From: Alphaproteobacteria bacterium
Lineage (GTDB): Bacteria > Pseudomonadota > Alphaproteobacteria > MPNO01
Assembly (NCBI GenBank): GCA_965248835.1
Contig: CBDFLJ010000001.1
Span: 1,312,001 to 1,376,000 of the forward strand
Direction of reading: 5' to 3'
DNA: 64,000 nt
This document shows positions 37,346-47,604 of the stretch, one piece after another. Each line of letters opens with the position of its first letter. The first letter of the stretch is position 1. The notes under the pieces were generated by a model that saw nothing but the letters and a program-made list of their open reading frames with translations, searched no databases and had not been told where the DNA came from. The position numbers and the translations under genes were made by a program.

Positions 37346-38635
37346 TCAAGACATTTCGGGATAGAGCCGCCTGGGCAACCACAGGCTGACCTCGGGCAGA
37401 TAGGTGACGATGGCGAGGCAGAACAGCGCAATGGCCAGCCACGGCAGCACCGCGCGCAACACCGTGAGATAGGGCTTGTTGAAGGTGCCGCTGGCGATGA
37501 ACAAGTTGAAGCCGAAGGGCGGCGTGATGTTGCCGATGTCAACGTTGACCGACGTCACGATCCCGAAATGCACCCCGTTGATCCCGGCCGCGGTGACGGT
37601 GCCGAGGAGGATCGGCACCAGGATGAGGATGTTGGAAAAGACGTCGATGAACATGCCCGAAACGAGGAACAACGCGTTCGCCAGCAGCAGCATGACCGCG
37701 GGCGACTGTTTGAGGTCGGCGAACGGCGCCACGATATCCCGGGTGATGCCGGAAATGGTGAACAGCCATGACAACAGGCTCGCCGCCCCCACCATGATGA
37801 GGATGCGCGCGCTGATCACCCCCGCCTCGAGGCAGACATCCCGCAGGCCCTTGAAGTCCAGCTCCCGATACACGACGACGCAGACGAAGGCGGCATAGAC
37901 GACCGACACCGCCGCCGCCTCGGTCGGCGTGAAGACGCCGCCGTAGATGCCGCCGATGATGACGATCGGCAGGCCCATGCCCCACACCACCTCGCGCGCG
38001 GCCTGCCACTGCTCGGCCAGGGTGGCGCGCGGGCGGCGCGGCACGCGGTTGGTGATCGACCACCCGACGCAGTAGAAGCCGTAGAGCAGCGCGAACACCG
38101 CCCCGGCGCCGATCCCGGCCATGAACAGGGCGCCGACTGACACGCCGGCGACCGCGCCGAACACGATCATGGCATTGCTCGGCGGGATGATCATGCCGAT
38201 CAGCGCCGAGCAGGTGATCACGCCGACCGAGAAGCGCTCGGAATAGCCCGCCGTGACAAGCGCCGGGTAGAGGATCCCGCCGACGGCAACGATAGTGGAG
38301 GCGCTCGAGCCGGTGATCGAGGCGAACAGGACGCAAGTCAGCACGACCGTCACCCCGAGCCCGCCCGGCAGGTGGCCGATCAGCGACTCGATGAACCTGA
38401 CGAGCCGCGCCGAAAGGCCGCCCTTGCCCATGATGTTGGCGGCCAGCACGAAAAACGGAATCGCCATCAGCGGGAAATTCTCGATCCCCGCGAACACGCG
38501 CTGCGGCAGGATCGAAAGCGGCATGCTCGTGGTCAGCGCGAAGACGAGGAACGCGGTACCGGTCAGCACGACGAACATCGGCAGGCTGAGGAACAGGCCG
38601 AGCGCCAGGAGCCCGAAGACGAGACCGGCCGTCAT
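37346..38635 (-). CDS. dctM: TRAP transporter large permease
   Basis: AIPFF, IIPPS, FTPTEAA, ITPPFG. Confidence 0.93.
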   Translation of the reverse strand: MTAGLVFGLLALGLFLSLPMFVVLTGTAFLVFALTTSMPLSILPQRVFAGIENFPLMAIPFFVLAANIMGKGGLSARLVRFIESLIGHLPGGLGVTVVLTCVLFASITGSSASTIVAVGGILYPALVTAGYSERFSVGVITCSALIGMIIPPSNAMIVFGAVAGVSVGALFMAGIGAGAVFALLYGFYCVGWSITNRVPRRPRATLAEQWQAAREVVWGMGLPIVIIGGIYGGVFTPTEAAAVSVVYAAFVCVVVYRELDFKGLRDVCLEAGVISARILIMVGAASLLSWLFTISGITRDIVAPFADLKQSPAVMLLLANALFLVSGMFIDVFSNILILVPILLGTVTAAGINGVHFGIVTSVNVDIGNITPPFGFNLFIASGTFNKPYLTVLRAVLPWLAIALFCLAIVTYLPEVSLWLPRRLYPEMS

Positions 38636-38671
38636 CGGACATTTCCTGGCGTGCCTCTCGCGGCCACGGCG

Positions 38672-39193
38672 TCAGTCGGCCAAGGTCGTGGAGCGTGCGC
38701 CGTCATCGGTCCCGACCGCGAGCGCGCGGCGCAGGATCTGCGCCGTGCGAATGCCCATCAGGAGGCTGCCGACCGGCATCGCCAGATAGGTCAGCCACAT
38801 CGGCGCCTCCAGGACCGGCGTGATCTGACCCGTGTCCATCACGCGCAGCGTGTGCAGACCGCTGTAATAGAAGAAGGCCGCGAAGAAGACGAGCATCGCG
38901 GTGCACACGAAGATCCTGAGGCGGCGGACGCCGACCGGCGGGAGCGCCAGCGGCAGCAGGTCGATGGATATGTGGCCGGACAGGCGCAAGGTGACGCTGC
39001 CGCCGACGAACACCAGCCACACGATGAGATACATCGTGACTTCCTCGGCCCACGACAGCGCCGAGAGAAACACGTAGCGCAGGATGACGTTGACGAACAG
39101 CAGGATGCTCGCCGACGCCATGGCGAGGGCAACGAACGTCGACTCGCAGAGCGACAGCGCCCGGTCGAGCCGCGCAAGCGCAGACCCGCGCAC
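38672..39193 (-). CDS. dctQ: TRAP transporter small permease
   Basis: NVILRY..WAEE, HISID, 4 TM. Confidence 0.9.
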   Translation of the reverse strand: MRGSALARLDRALSLCESTFVALAMASASILLFVNVILRYVFLSALSWAEEVTMYLIVWLVFVGGSVTLRLSGHISIDLLPLALPPVGVRRLRIFVCTAMLVFFAAFFYYSGLHTLRVMDTGQITPVLEAPMWLTYLAMPVGSLLMGIRTAQILRRALAVGTDDGARSTTLAD

Positions 39194-39242
39194 CCGGGCG
39201 CTCCCGTCCGAGGTCGACGCGGCGCCGCGGTCCCGCCTCAGG

Positions 39243-40235
39243 CTACTTCATGGTGGCGGACTTGACGGCATTCCGTATGAGGTCGAGGGTCGCGGTGCCC
39301 TTCTTCCTGGCGTACCAGTCATAGACACGCACCGACGCCTTCTGGAACATCGCCCGCTGGTCGTCCGACAGCGCGATGATCTGGACGCCGGCCTTGCGGA
39401 AAGTCTCCAGATGCGCGGCCTCGCTCTTGGCGATGATGTCCCGCTGATAGCGTCCGGCGGCCTGCGCCTCCTCGATCAGGATCTTCTGGACCTCCGCCGG
39501 CTGGCTGTCGAGGAACGACTTGTTCATCACGAAGATGTAGGCGATGAAGCCGTGATCGCTGAGGGTCAGGTATTTCTGCACCTCGAAGAAGCGCATCAGG
39601 GCGATGGTCGCGATCGGGTTCTCCTGACCGTCGACCACCTTCTGCTGGAGCGCGTTGTAAAGCTCCTTGAAATCGATCGCCACCGGCGAGGCGCCGAACG
39701 CCTTGAACTGTTCCATGATGACCGGCGCCGGCATGGTGCGGATCTTGTGGCCTTCGTAGTCTTTCGGCTGGCGGATCGCGAAGTTGCCGGTGAACTGCTT
39801 GAAGCCGCTCTCCCAGAAGGCGATGCCGTGCAGGTTGGCCTTGTTCAGAGGTTTCAGGATCTCCCCGCCCACCGGGCCGTCTACCACCTTGTAGAGCACC
39901 TCACGGCTGGGGAACAGGAACGGCAGATCGAGCACCTGGATATCGGGCACGATCGGCGCAATCCAGGCCGAAGGGAGCGCGACGGCTTGGATCGCGCCGG
40001 CCTGCAACTGCTCCACCATCTGCACGCCGGAGCCCAGGGTCATCGCCGGGAACAACTCTACCTCGTACGCGCCCTTGGTGCGCGCTTCGACGGCCTGCTT
40101 CCACTTGATCGCGGCCTGGTGGTGGGTGCTGGTCTCGGGCTGGTCGTGCCCGATCTTTATCACCGTCTGGGCGGCCACACCCGCGGTGAACGAGAGCCCG
40201 GCGGCGGCCAGGAGAAGTGTTCTGACGATGCTCAT
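39243..40235 (-). CDS. dctP: TRAP substrate-binding protein
   Basis: Signal peptide; LPFLF, KIRTM, ELYNALQQKVVDGQENP. Confidence 0.93.
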   Translation of the reverse strand: MSIVRTLLLAAAGLSFTAGVAAQTVIKIGHDQPETSTHHQAAIKWKQAVEARTKGAYEVELFPAMTLGSGVQMVEQLQAGAIQAVALPSAWIAPIVPDIQVLDLPFLFPSREVLYKVVDGPVGGEILKPLNKANLHGIAFWESGFKQFTGNFAIRQPKDYEGHKIRTMPAPVIMEQFKAFGASPVAIDFKELYNALQQKVVDGQENPIATIALMRFFEVQKYLTLSDHGFIAYIFVMNKSFLDSQPAEVQKILIEEAQAAGRYQRDIIAKSEAAHLETFRKAGVQIIALSDDQRAMFQKASVRVYDWYARKKGTATLDLIRNAVKSATMK

Positions 40236-40339
40236 ATCTCATTCCTCGAGTTGCTGTTCGCGACAAGGACGGGATACGCCACGCACGCACGGCGGCGCTC
40301 GGACCATCCTAGTGGCCCGACGCCTCCCGCGAAAGCGCG

Positions 40340-40470
40340 ATTCAAGGGCATCGTGGTGCCGACGCTTCTTCTCTATCTACGGCGCGCATGACCGGCTGAC
40401 GCCGCCCGCGGGGGCGAAGATCTGCACGCACGGATCGATCGCAATCTCGCAGGCTGGCTTGCCGGCAACG
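40340..40470 (+). pseudogene. Frameshifted alpha/beta hydrolase C-terminal fragment
   Basis: IVVPTLL / IYGAHDRLTPP / EDLHARI spread over different frames. Confidence 0.5.
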
Positions 40471-40619
40471 GAAGCTGTGCGATACTGTCTGAGGGTATTC
40501 GAACCAAGCGCCGCTTGTCGGCCGGTGCGGCTCGCCGCGCGATCCATGGGAGCGCATCGATGAACCCCGAGCTCCTGTCCGCCCCATCGACCGGTCGATG
40601 GGCGCATTCGCCGGCTGCC

Positions 40620-41639
40620 ATGTCATCGCCTGACGGGCTGACGATCGGCGCGCTCGTCCGGGCTGACGGCAGCCCGACCGCGCTCGCACGGGATCTCCAC
40701 GACGAACGGATCCGCATCCGGGGCTATGTCGCGCCGTCGCTGATCGCAGCACCCGGCCGGGTGCTGCTCACCGAGGCTTCGCTCGCTCCCTGTCAGCTCT
40801 GCGGCAATATCCACGGCACCATGGTGGGCCTGCAGGTCCAGCCCGAGACACCGATCGATACCGACATCGCGATGCACCAACCGGTCGAGGTCGTCGGGCG
40901 CTTGTTTGTCGGCACGGGAGAGAACGAGACGCGTGAGATCGGCCTGCGCTTGGCGCGGATCGTCCGGGTCCGTTCACTGGATGCGGAGATCGGCTCGGCC
41001 CGGCGTTGGCTCAGACGCGCGCTTGATGCACGGCCTCACGCAAAACCGCACCAGCGGCCGATCCGCCCCGCCCCTTCCGTTACCGCCGTGGGTCCGGCAG
41101 AGGTCATACTCACCAACGGCAAGATCCGCACCGTCGATGCCGCCTTCACCACCGCCGAGGCGGTTGCCGTGCGCGATGGGCAGTTCATCGCGGTCGGCCG
41201 TGCGGAGGAAGTCGAGCTGATCCACTCCCAGGCCTATAAAGCGGACAAGTCCAAGAAGTATCGCGTTGTCGCCTATACCAGCCGCGACATTCACGAGCTT
41301 TATGGCGTCGACGTGGTGCCGGCCGTCAACGTGAGCTATTCCAACAAGCTCGAAGCCCGGCCCGCCGCTTTCAAGGAGTTCAACCGGATGCTCAAGGAAT
41401 CGGTCGACTATGCGGTGGCCAATCCCCGCAAGGTCGGCGCAGCGATCAGCAAGGAGCACAACATCTCGCCGGATTTCTTCCAGGCGTGGCTCACCCGGTT
41501 CTCGTTCTTCCCGGCCACGGTGAGCAAGGCCGACGGCAAGGCGTTCGAAACCGTGTGGCAGGGGGCGAAGGAACTCGGCATCCTGAAGAGCTATCCCAAG
41601 GCCGAGTCGGTGATCTGGGAGCACGCGATCAGGGAATAG
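40620..41639 (+). pseudogene. In-frame chimera: CxxC small-protein fragment + amidohydrolase N-terminus + ABC SBP C-terminus
   Basis: IRIRGYVAP..CQLC; then AEVILTNGKIRTVD..AEAVAVRDGQFIAVG (~41098-41215); then helical SBP-like tail ending before ABC permeases. Confidence 0.65.
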
Positions 41640-41660
41640 CTCCGCCTTGGTCTGCAACCT

Positions 41661-42443
41661 TTGGCCAGGCTGACTTCAGACGCTGCGCGCCGCGACGTCC
41701 GGCGCGCAGCGCATTACTTTACGATCGGGTTCCTCGTTCTGTGGGCGGTCTACGCCCAGCTCTTCGAGCCTTTCATCATGCCCGGTCCGGTTTCGGTGGC
41801 GGTGCGGCTCTTCGAATTCTTCACCGACTATCACCTGGTGAAGCACATGTTCTGGTCGTTCGCCCATATCGGCGGGGCGATCCTGGCGTCTTTCCTCATC
41901 GGCAGCGCCCTCGCGCTACTGGTTTACTACCTCCCGGCCTTCGTGATCATGGTGCACGGCAGGCTCAGCCCTTTCCTGAATTCGTTCTCGGGGATCGGCT
42001 GGACGCTGCTCGCCATCATCTGGTTCGGGATCAACGACTTCACGGTGATGTTCGCGATCAGCATGGTCCTGATCCCGTTCTCGATCATCAACATGCGCGA
42101 GGGCCTCGAGGCGATCGATAAGGAATTGATCGAAATGGGGCAGAGCTTCGGGCGCGGGCGCTGGAAGCAGTTTCTCCTGCTGGTGCTGCCGTCGCTCTAT
42201 CCCTTCGTCTTCGCGACGCTCCGCATCAGCTTCGGCGTGGCCTGGAAGGTGACGCTGACCGCAGAGCTCTTCGGCGGCGATACCGGGCTCGGCTTTCTCC
42301 TCAATCTTGCGCGCCAGGATTTCGACATGCCGATGATCCTGGTGGTGATCATCGTCATCATTCTGTTCGTCTACAGCACCGACCGCTGGGTCTTCGCCCC
42401 CATACAGGCTCGGCTGGCAAGGCATCATGCAGCCCTCCGCTGA
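41661..42443 (+). CDS. NitT/TauT ABC permease
   Basis: EAA-like IDKELIEMGQSFG, AELFG. Confidence 0.85.
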   Translation: MARLTSDAARRDVRRAAHYFTIGFLVLWAVYAQLFEPFIMPGPVSVAVRLFEFFTDYHLVKHMFWSFAHIGGAILASFLIGSALALLVYYLPAFVIMVHGRLSPFLNSFSGIGWTLLAIIWFGINDFTVMFAISMVLIPFSIINMREGLEAIDKELIEMGQSFGRGRWKQFLLLVLPSLYPFVFATLRISFGVAWKVTLTAELFGGDTGLGFLLNLARQDFDMPMILVVIIVIILFVYSTDRWVFAPIQARLARHHAALR

Positions 42444-43218
42444 GCGGCGACAGGTCCGCGGTGCGGCTCATCTGCGCTGGATTCGAGAGCACGCGCTCGC
42501 TGAAGGTCTGGTGCTGGCCGCGATCCTCGGCTGGTGGCTTGCCGCGCGCGGGATGCCGGAATTCGTCCTTCCGGGCCCGCTTGCGGTCGCCGAGCGGGTG
42601 GTCGATTTTTTCATCGTCGCCGGCATCATTGACGATTCGCTGATCAGCACCGTGCGGGTCGCCAGTTCGGTCGTCATCTCGGTAACGCTCGGTGGCGCGC
42701 TTGCCTTTATCCCGCGGCGCTGGCCGGTCGCCGACGCGATCGTTCACGAGCGCGTCAAGCCGTTTCTCAACTCTTTTCCGTCGGTCGGATGGGCGATCCT
42801 CGCCTCGATCTGGTTCGGACCGTCGAACACGTCGGTCATCTTCGTCCAGGTCGCGATCCTGACGCCGTTCTGCCTGGTCAACATCTCGGAAGGCATCAAG
42901 GAGCTCGATGCCGAGCTCCTGGAAATGGCCAGAAGCTTTACCCGCAACGGCATGAAAGTGTTCTGGCGCATTACGGTGCCGCTTCTGATGCCCTACGTCG
43001 TCGCTGCACTCAGGATCGCCTACGGTGTGGGCTGGAAGATCGCGCTGGTCTCCGAGCTCTTCGGCGCGGAGAGTGGCATCGGTTTCCTGATGCTGCGCGC
43101 GCTCACCGCGTCGGATGCGGTGACGCTGTTCGCCGCCTGTTTCGCCATCGTCCTGATCTTCATGGCCGGCGAAAAGCTCGTCATCGAACCTCTATCGCGC
43201 CGGTTTGGCGGCAGGTGA
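42427..43218 (+). CDS. NitT/TauT ABC permease
   Basis: LDAELLEMARSF, WKIALVSELFG. Confidence 0.85.
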   Translation: MQPSAERRQVRGAAHLRWIREHALAEGLVLAAILGWWLAARGMPEFVLPGPLAVAERVVDFFIVAGIIDDSLISTVRVASSVVISVTLGGALAFIPRRWPVADAIVHERVKPFLNSFPSVGWAILASIWFGPSNTSVIFVQVAILTPFCLVNISEGIKELDAELLEMARSFTRNGMKVFWRITVPLLMPYVVAALRIAYGVGWKIALVSELFGAESGIGFLMLRALTASDAVTLFAACFAIVLIFMAGEKLVIEPLSRRFGGR

Positions 43219-43224
43219 ACCGTG

Positions 43225-43509
43225 AGCCGGCAGCCGGCCAGCATATCGGCCGAACAAGCCGGCGCTCGACCGCGCGCAACAGCACAAGACCGCCGTCCGG
43301 GGACACCAGGCCGGCATCGAAGGCCGCCGTCACCGTCTTGCGCCGCACGGCTGGAAGATCGAAGGCAAGAACGGTATCCTCGGTCATGGCGGGCGTGGCG
43401 CTTTCGTTGTCCGGGTTGAAAACCGTCTCGACAACGATTTCACACACGATTTCGAAAAATCACGCTATGTCCGCCAACCCGAAACCATGCCCGGAATGAA
43501 TAATCCGGG
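43225..43509 (-). mobile_element. IS1380-family remnant (one end plus transposase 5' fragment)
   Basis: MTEDTVLAFDLPAVRRK near-identical to the transposase at 56993; terminal IR CCCGGATTATTCAT at 43496-43509. Confidence 0.85.
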
Positions 43510-43527
43510 CTCGAGGAGGCGAGTATC

Positions 43528-44511
43528 ATGATCGATTTTCCGTCATTAACGAGACGCGGCGCGGTCGCCGCCCTGTCGGCGGTCGCCTTGTTGGCGATCG
43601 GCGCAACCGCCCAGGCCGCCGATAAGGTGAAGGTCGGCGTTTTCCCGGTGGCATCGGCGCTACCTTATTTCGTCGCGCTCGAGCGGGGCTATTTCAAAGA
43701 CGTCGATATCGACGCCGAGTTGGTGCGCCTGATCGGCGGACCGGCATTGGTCGGCGCCATGATCACCAACGACATCGACGCGGCGGCCAACCTGGTCACC
43801 ATCGAGGGCATGAACGCCAATCTAAAGAAGCCCGGCGTCGCCAACTATATCTCCATCAATAGTCAGAACAAGAAGTTCAAGATGGAGCAGTTCGTCGTCA
43901 ACAATAAGGCGGGCATCAATTCCTACGCCGATTTGAAAGGCAAAAAGATCATGTCGGCGCCAGGACCGGCGAACATGACGATGGCGCGCGCCGTGCTTGC
44001 CGCCAACGGTCTGAAAGAAGGCGATTATCAACTCGACCAATTGGCCATGCCGCAGCACGTCACGGCCATGAAGGCCGGCACCTATGATGCCGGCTATACG
44101 CTGGAACCCGCCGCCTCGATCATGGCCCAACAAGGCTCGGCGAGGACGCTCGAGGCCGGTGTCGTCGCTAAATACGTTCTCGGTAGCGACGACGCCGATG
44201 CCTTCATCGCCGGCGGTGCACTGACCGGCAAATTCATCGCCGACCGGCCCGACGTGGCCAAACGCTTTGCCGCGGCCTGGGGCCGGGCGCTGAAGGACAT
44301 CGCAAGCGACGAAACCGTACGCAAGCATCTGGTGAAGAACACCTTCACGCCGCCGAGCCTGGCGCCGACCATGCCGCTGGTGAAATTCGTAATGGTCGGC
44401 GATCTTTCGGCCGGCGACCGGGAGGAATTCCAGACCTTCATCGATTTCGCCTCCAACAACGGCATTCTCAAAGAGAAAGTCGACACGGCGAAGTACCTGA
44501 AAGTCTTTTAA
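43528..44511 (+). CDS. NitT/TauT ABC substrate-binding protein (Tat-like signal)
   Basis: LTRRG signal; PYFVALERGYF, DLKGKK. Confidence 0.88.
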   Translation: MIDFPSLTRRGAVAALSAVALLAIGATAQAADKVKVGVFPVASALPYFVALERGYFKDVDIDAELVRLIGGPALVGAMITNDIDAAANLVTIEGMNANLKKPGVANYISINSQNKKFKMEQFVVNNKAGINSYADLKGKKIMSAPGPANMTMARAVLAANGLKEGDYQLDQLAMPQHVTAMKAGTYDAGYTLEPAASIMAQQGSARTLEAGVVAKYVLGSDDADAFIAGGALTGKFIADRPDVAKRFAAAWGRALKDIASDETVRKHLVKNTFTPPSLAPTMPLVKFVMVGDLSAGDREEFQTFIDFASNNGILKEKVDTAKYLKVF

Positions 44512-44528
44512 GGGTACGGGAATATCTG

Positions 44529-45365
44529 GTGACGGTAGAGAAAGCAGCGGCGGTGGCGGCGGGGAACGTGGCGCCGCTGCCGCCCGCCGCAACCGCGCCG
44601 CCCGATGCGCGCCCGCACATCACCGTGCGCGGGCTGTCGAAGCGTTTCGGCAACGCCACCATCTACGACAAGTTCGACCTCGACATCCCGCGCGGCCGTT
44701 TCGTATCGGTGTTCGGCCCCAACGGCTGCGGCAAGTCGACCCTGATCAATATTATTGCCGGGCTGCTCCCGGCCGATGAGGGTGAGATCCTGTTCGACGG
44801 CAAGACGCTGCGCCAAACCAATTTCGGCTATGTGTTCCAGAACTATAGGGAGGCACTGTTTCCCTGGCTCAGAGCCATCGACAATATTCGCTACCCGCTA
44901 AAGTTTTTTAACTTGTCGAAAGCCGAGCAGCGCGACAAGGTCGACCGGCTGGTCGAGCATCTCGGCGTCAAGATCGATCTCACCCGCTATCCCTACCAGT
45001 TGTCGGGCGGCCAACAACAGCTGATCTCGATCATGCGCTCGCTGGTGATCGAGCCGGAGGTGCTGTTCCTCGACGAACCGTTTTCGGCGCTCGATTACGA
45101 GATGACCTTGTTCATGCGCGACCAGTTGCAGGCGGTGTTCCTGGAAACCGGCACCACCATGGTGTTCGTCTCGCACGATTTGGAAGAAGCCATCTATCTA
45201 GCCGACGACGTGCTGCTGCTGTCGCGCGGCCCGGCGCGGATCGCCGACTACGTGACCGTTAGAAATCCGCGCCCGCGCAGCGCCGATACCCTGTCGGACA
45301 GCGAATTCGTTCAGGTCAAGGGACACTGCCTCGAAGTTTTCCAGCGTCTGGTGCGCGGCTCATGA
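44529..45365 (+). CDS. NitT/TauT ABC ATP-binding protein
   Basis: GPNGCGKST, LSGGQQQ, LDEPFSALD. Confidence 0.92.
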   Translation: MTVEKAAAVAAGNVAPLPPAATAPPDARPHITVRGLSKRFGNATIYDKFDLDIPRGRFVSVFGPNGCGKSTLINIIAGLLPADEGEILFDGKTLRQTNFGYVFQNYREALFPWLRAIDNIRYPLKFFNLSKAEQRDKVDRLVEHLGVKIDLTRYPYQLSGGQQQLISIMRSLVIEPEVLFLDEPFSALDYEMTLFMRDQLQAVFLETGTTMVFVSHDLEEAIYLADDVLLLSRGPARIADYVTVRNPRPRSADTLSDSEFVQVKGHCLEVFQRLVRGS

Positions 45366-46129
45366 GCGGACTGCGTCAAATGCTCGGCTACTGGACGCCG
45401 CTGATCGGCGTGGTCGGGCTGGTGCTCTTGTGGCAGATCGCGGTCTGGATCGAAATCGTCGATCCCGTTCTGCTGCCGCCCCCGAAAGCGACCTTCTTGG
45501 CGATCTGGAATGGAATGACCGGCGGCAGGCTGTTGTTCGACTTCCTGCGCACGGTCGAACGGACCACGTTGTCGATCGTCTACGCCGCAGCAATTTCGAT
45601 CCCGCTGGGGATCCTCCTGGGCTCCTCGACCCAGGTCTACCGGTCGGTCGAGTTTGTTGTCGACTTCTTCCGCTCGACCCCCGCGTCCGCGGTTTTCCCG
45701 CTGTTTCTGGTTATCTTCGGGGTTGGCGACAACACCAAAATATTGGTGGCGACCTTCGGCGCCAGCCTGGTGATCCTGTTCAACGTCGCCTACGGCGTCA
45801 TGAACGCACGCAAGACCCGGTTGCTGGCGGCCAAGGTCATGGGGGCGTCGAAGATGCGGGTGCTGACCGACGTCATGCTGTTCGAATCGATGCCGCAGAC
45901 CTTCATTGGATTGCGCAACGGGGTCTCGCTGGCGCTGGTTATCGTCATCGTGGCGGAAATGTTCATCGGCTCGGTCGACGGGCTCGGCTACAGTGTGCTC
46001 GACAGCCAGATGCTATTCGAAATGCCCGACATGTACGCTGCGATCTTCGTTGCCGGCGCCCTGGGCTATGGGTTTAACTTATTGTTCCTGCTGATCGAAA
46101 AGCGCTTCATTCATTGGTCTGGCCACTAG
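45362..46129 (+). CDS. NitT/TauT ABC permease
   Basis: LPPP, DFFRSTP, IVAEM. Confidence 0.9.
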   Translation: MSGLRQMLGYWTPLIGVVGLVLLWQIAVWIEIVDPVLLPPPKATFLAIWNGMTGGRLLFDFLRTVERTTLSIVYAAAISIPLGILLGSSTQVYRSVEFVVDFFRSTPASAVFPLFLVIFGVGDNTKILVATFGASLVILFNVAYGVMNARKTRLLAAKVMGASKMRVLTDVMLFESMPQTFIGLRNGVSLALVIVIVAEMFIGSVDGLGYSVLDSQMLFEMPDMYAAIFVAGALGYGFNLLFLLIEKRFIHWSGH

Positions 46130-46135
46130 CCGCCA

Positions 46136-47311
46136 ATGGACGATCCCTATAACGCGTTTTGCGACCATGCCGTCGTCTATATCGAGGGCGACAGCGACGG
46201 GCCGCTTTCCGGCCTGACGCTCGCGGCGAAAGACCTGTTCGATATCGCCGACTACCGCACCGGCGGCGGCAACCCGGATTGGCTGATGACCCACCCGCCG
46301 GCGAGCCGCCATGCGCCGGTTGTCGAGACCCTGCTGGCGGCCGGCGCCACCCTGGTCGGCAAGACCCATACCGACGAGTTGTCGCGCGGCATTTTCGGCG
46401 AGAACCCCCATTACGGCACGCCGGTAAATCCGAAGGCCGAGAACCGATTGCCGGGGGGCTCGTCGAGCGGTTCCGCGGTAGCGGTGGCCGCTGTCATGGT
46501 CGATTTCGCCATCGGCACCGATACCGGTGGGTCGGTGCGCGCACCGGCGAGTTTTTGCGGGCTCTACGGCATTCGCCCGACCCACGGCCGCCTGGCACTC
46601 GAAGGCGTGCTGGGGCAATCGCCGAGTTTCGACACCGTCGGCTGGTTCGCCCGCGACGCCGACATGTTGGCCCGGGTCGGCGCGGTCTTGCTCGACGCCG
46701 ACATTGCCGACGACGTACCCGATCGCCTGATCATCGCCGAAGATGCGTTTGCCGCCGCCGACCACGATGCCGCGGCGGCGCTGAGGCCGGTTGCCGAGCG
46801 GCTAGCGGCGACGGTCGGACAGAGCGCCCGGCAGGCGATAAGTCCCGAAGGTCTAGACGTGTGGGTCGGCCATCAATCGACCTTGCAGGGCCGCGAGGCG
46901 TGGCAGACCTTCGCCGACTGGATCGATCAGACCAACCCGCGGTTCGGCTACGAGGTCGCCGAGATATTCAATTTCGGCGCCGCCGTCACCGACCAGCGAG
47001 TCGCCGAAGCCACTGAAGCCTGGTCCCGAATCGTCGCCCACCTCGACGCTATTCTGACCCCGGGGACCGTCATCTGCCTGCCGACGACGCCTTTCGTCGC
47101 GCCGCTGCGCGGCCAGCCGCGCTCGGCGGCCAAGGCGTTGCGCGGGCGCATCGCCCCCCTGACCTGCATCGCCGGGCTGCTCGGCGCGCCGCAGATCACC
47201 CTGCCCCTGGCCGAAGTCGACGGGGTGCCGTTGGGGATTTCCCTGCTTGGCCGTCCGGGTAGCGACGAACGATTGCTCGGCTTCGTCCGCCGGCTGGCGG
47301 CAAGGTTTTAG
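46136..47311 (+). CDS. Amidase signature family enzyme
   Basis: AKDLFD, GGSSSGS, GTDTGGSVR.PA. Confidence 0.92.
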   Translation: MDDPYNAFCDHAVVYIEGDSDGPLSGLTLAAKDLFDIADYRTGGGNPDWLMTHPPASRHAPVVETLLAAGATLVGKTHTDELSRGIFGENPHYGTPVNPKAENRLPGGSSSGSAVAVAAVMVDFAIGTDTGGSVRAPASFCGLYGIRPTHGRLALEGVLGQSPSFDTVGWFARDADMLARVGAVLLDADIADDVPDRLIIAEDAFAAADHDAAAALRPVAERLAATVGQSARQAISPEGLDVWVGHQSTLQGREAWQTFADWIDQTNPRFGYEVAEIFNFGAAVTDQRVAEATEAWSRIVAHLDAILTPGTVICLPTTPFVAPLRGQPRSAAKALRGRIAPLTCIAGLLGAPQITLPLAEVDGVPLGISLLGRPGSDERLLGFVRRLAARF

Positions 47312-47604
47312 ACCTCCGCGATCTTCGCCGACAGCGCCGATAAGTTCTGGTTGTCGTCGCCACTCAGGCCCTGCGCCGGTTAAATGGAGCGCGTGAGTGC
47401 GCCGGTCGTCGATGTTCGAAACCGGCATGCCAATACCGTCGATTTGCCGATAATTCGCAGAATGGTTCCTGCCCAACGGCCTGGGTGCATGGCGCGATTT
47501 GCGATTTGCTTCGAACGCGACGAGATCGATCGCCGATCGCCGATCGTTTCTCTTGATACCGCCGTGACCGCCAAACCGGGGACCGCCGAACCGGGGACCG
47601 CCAT

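Noticed and set aside
47570-47603. 15-bp tandem repeat (GCCxAACCGGGGACC x2)
   Set aside because: Only two units with no spacers; not a CRISPR. No CRISPR array or tRNA was seen in the window.
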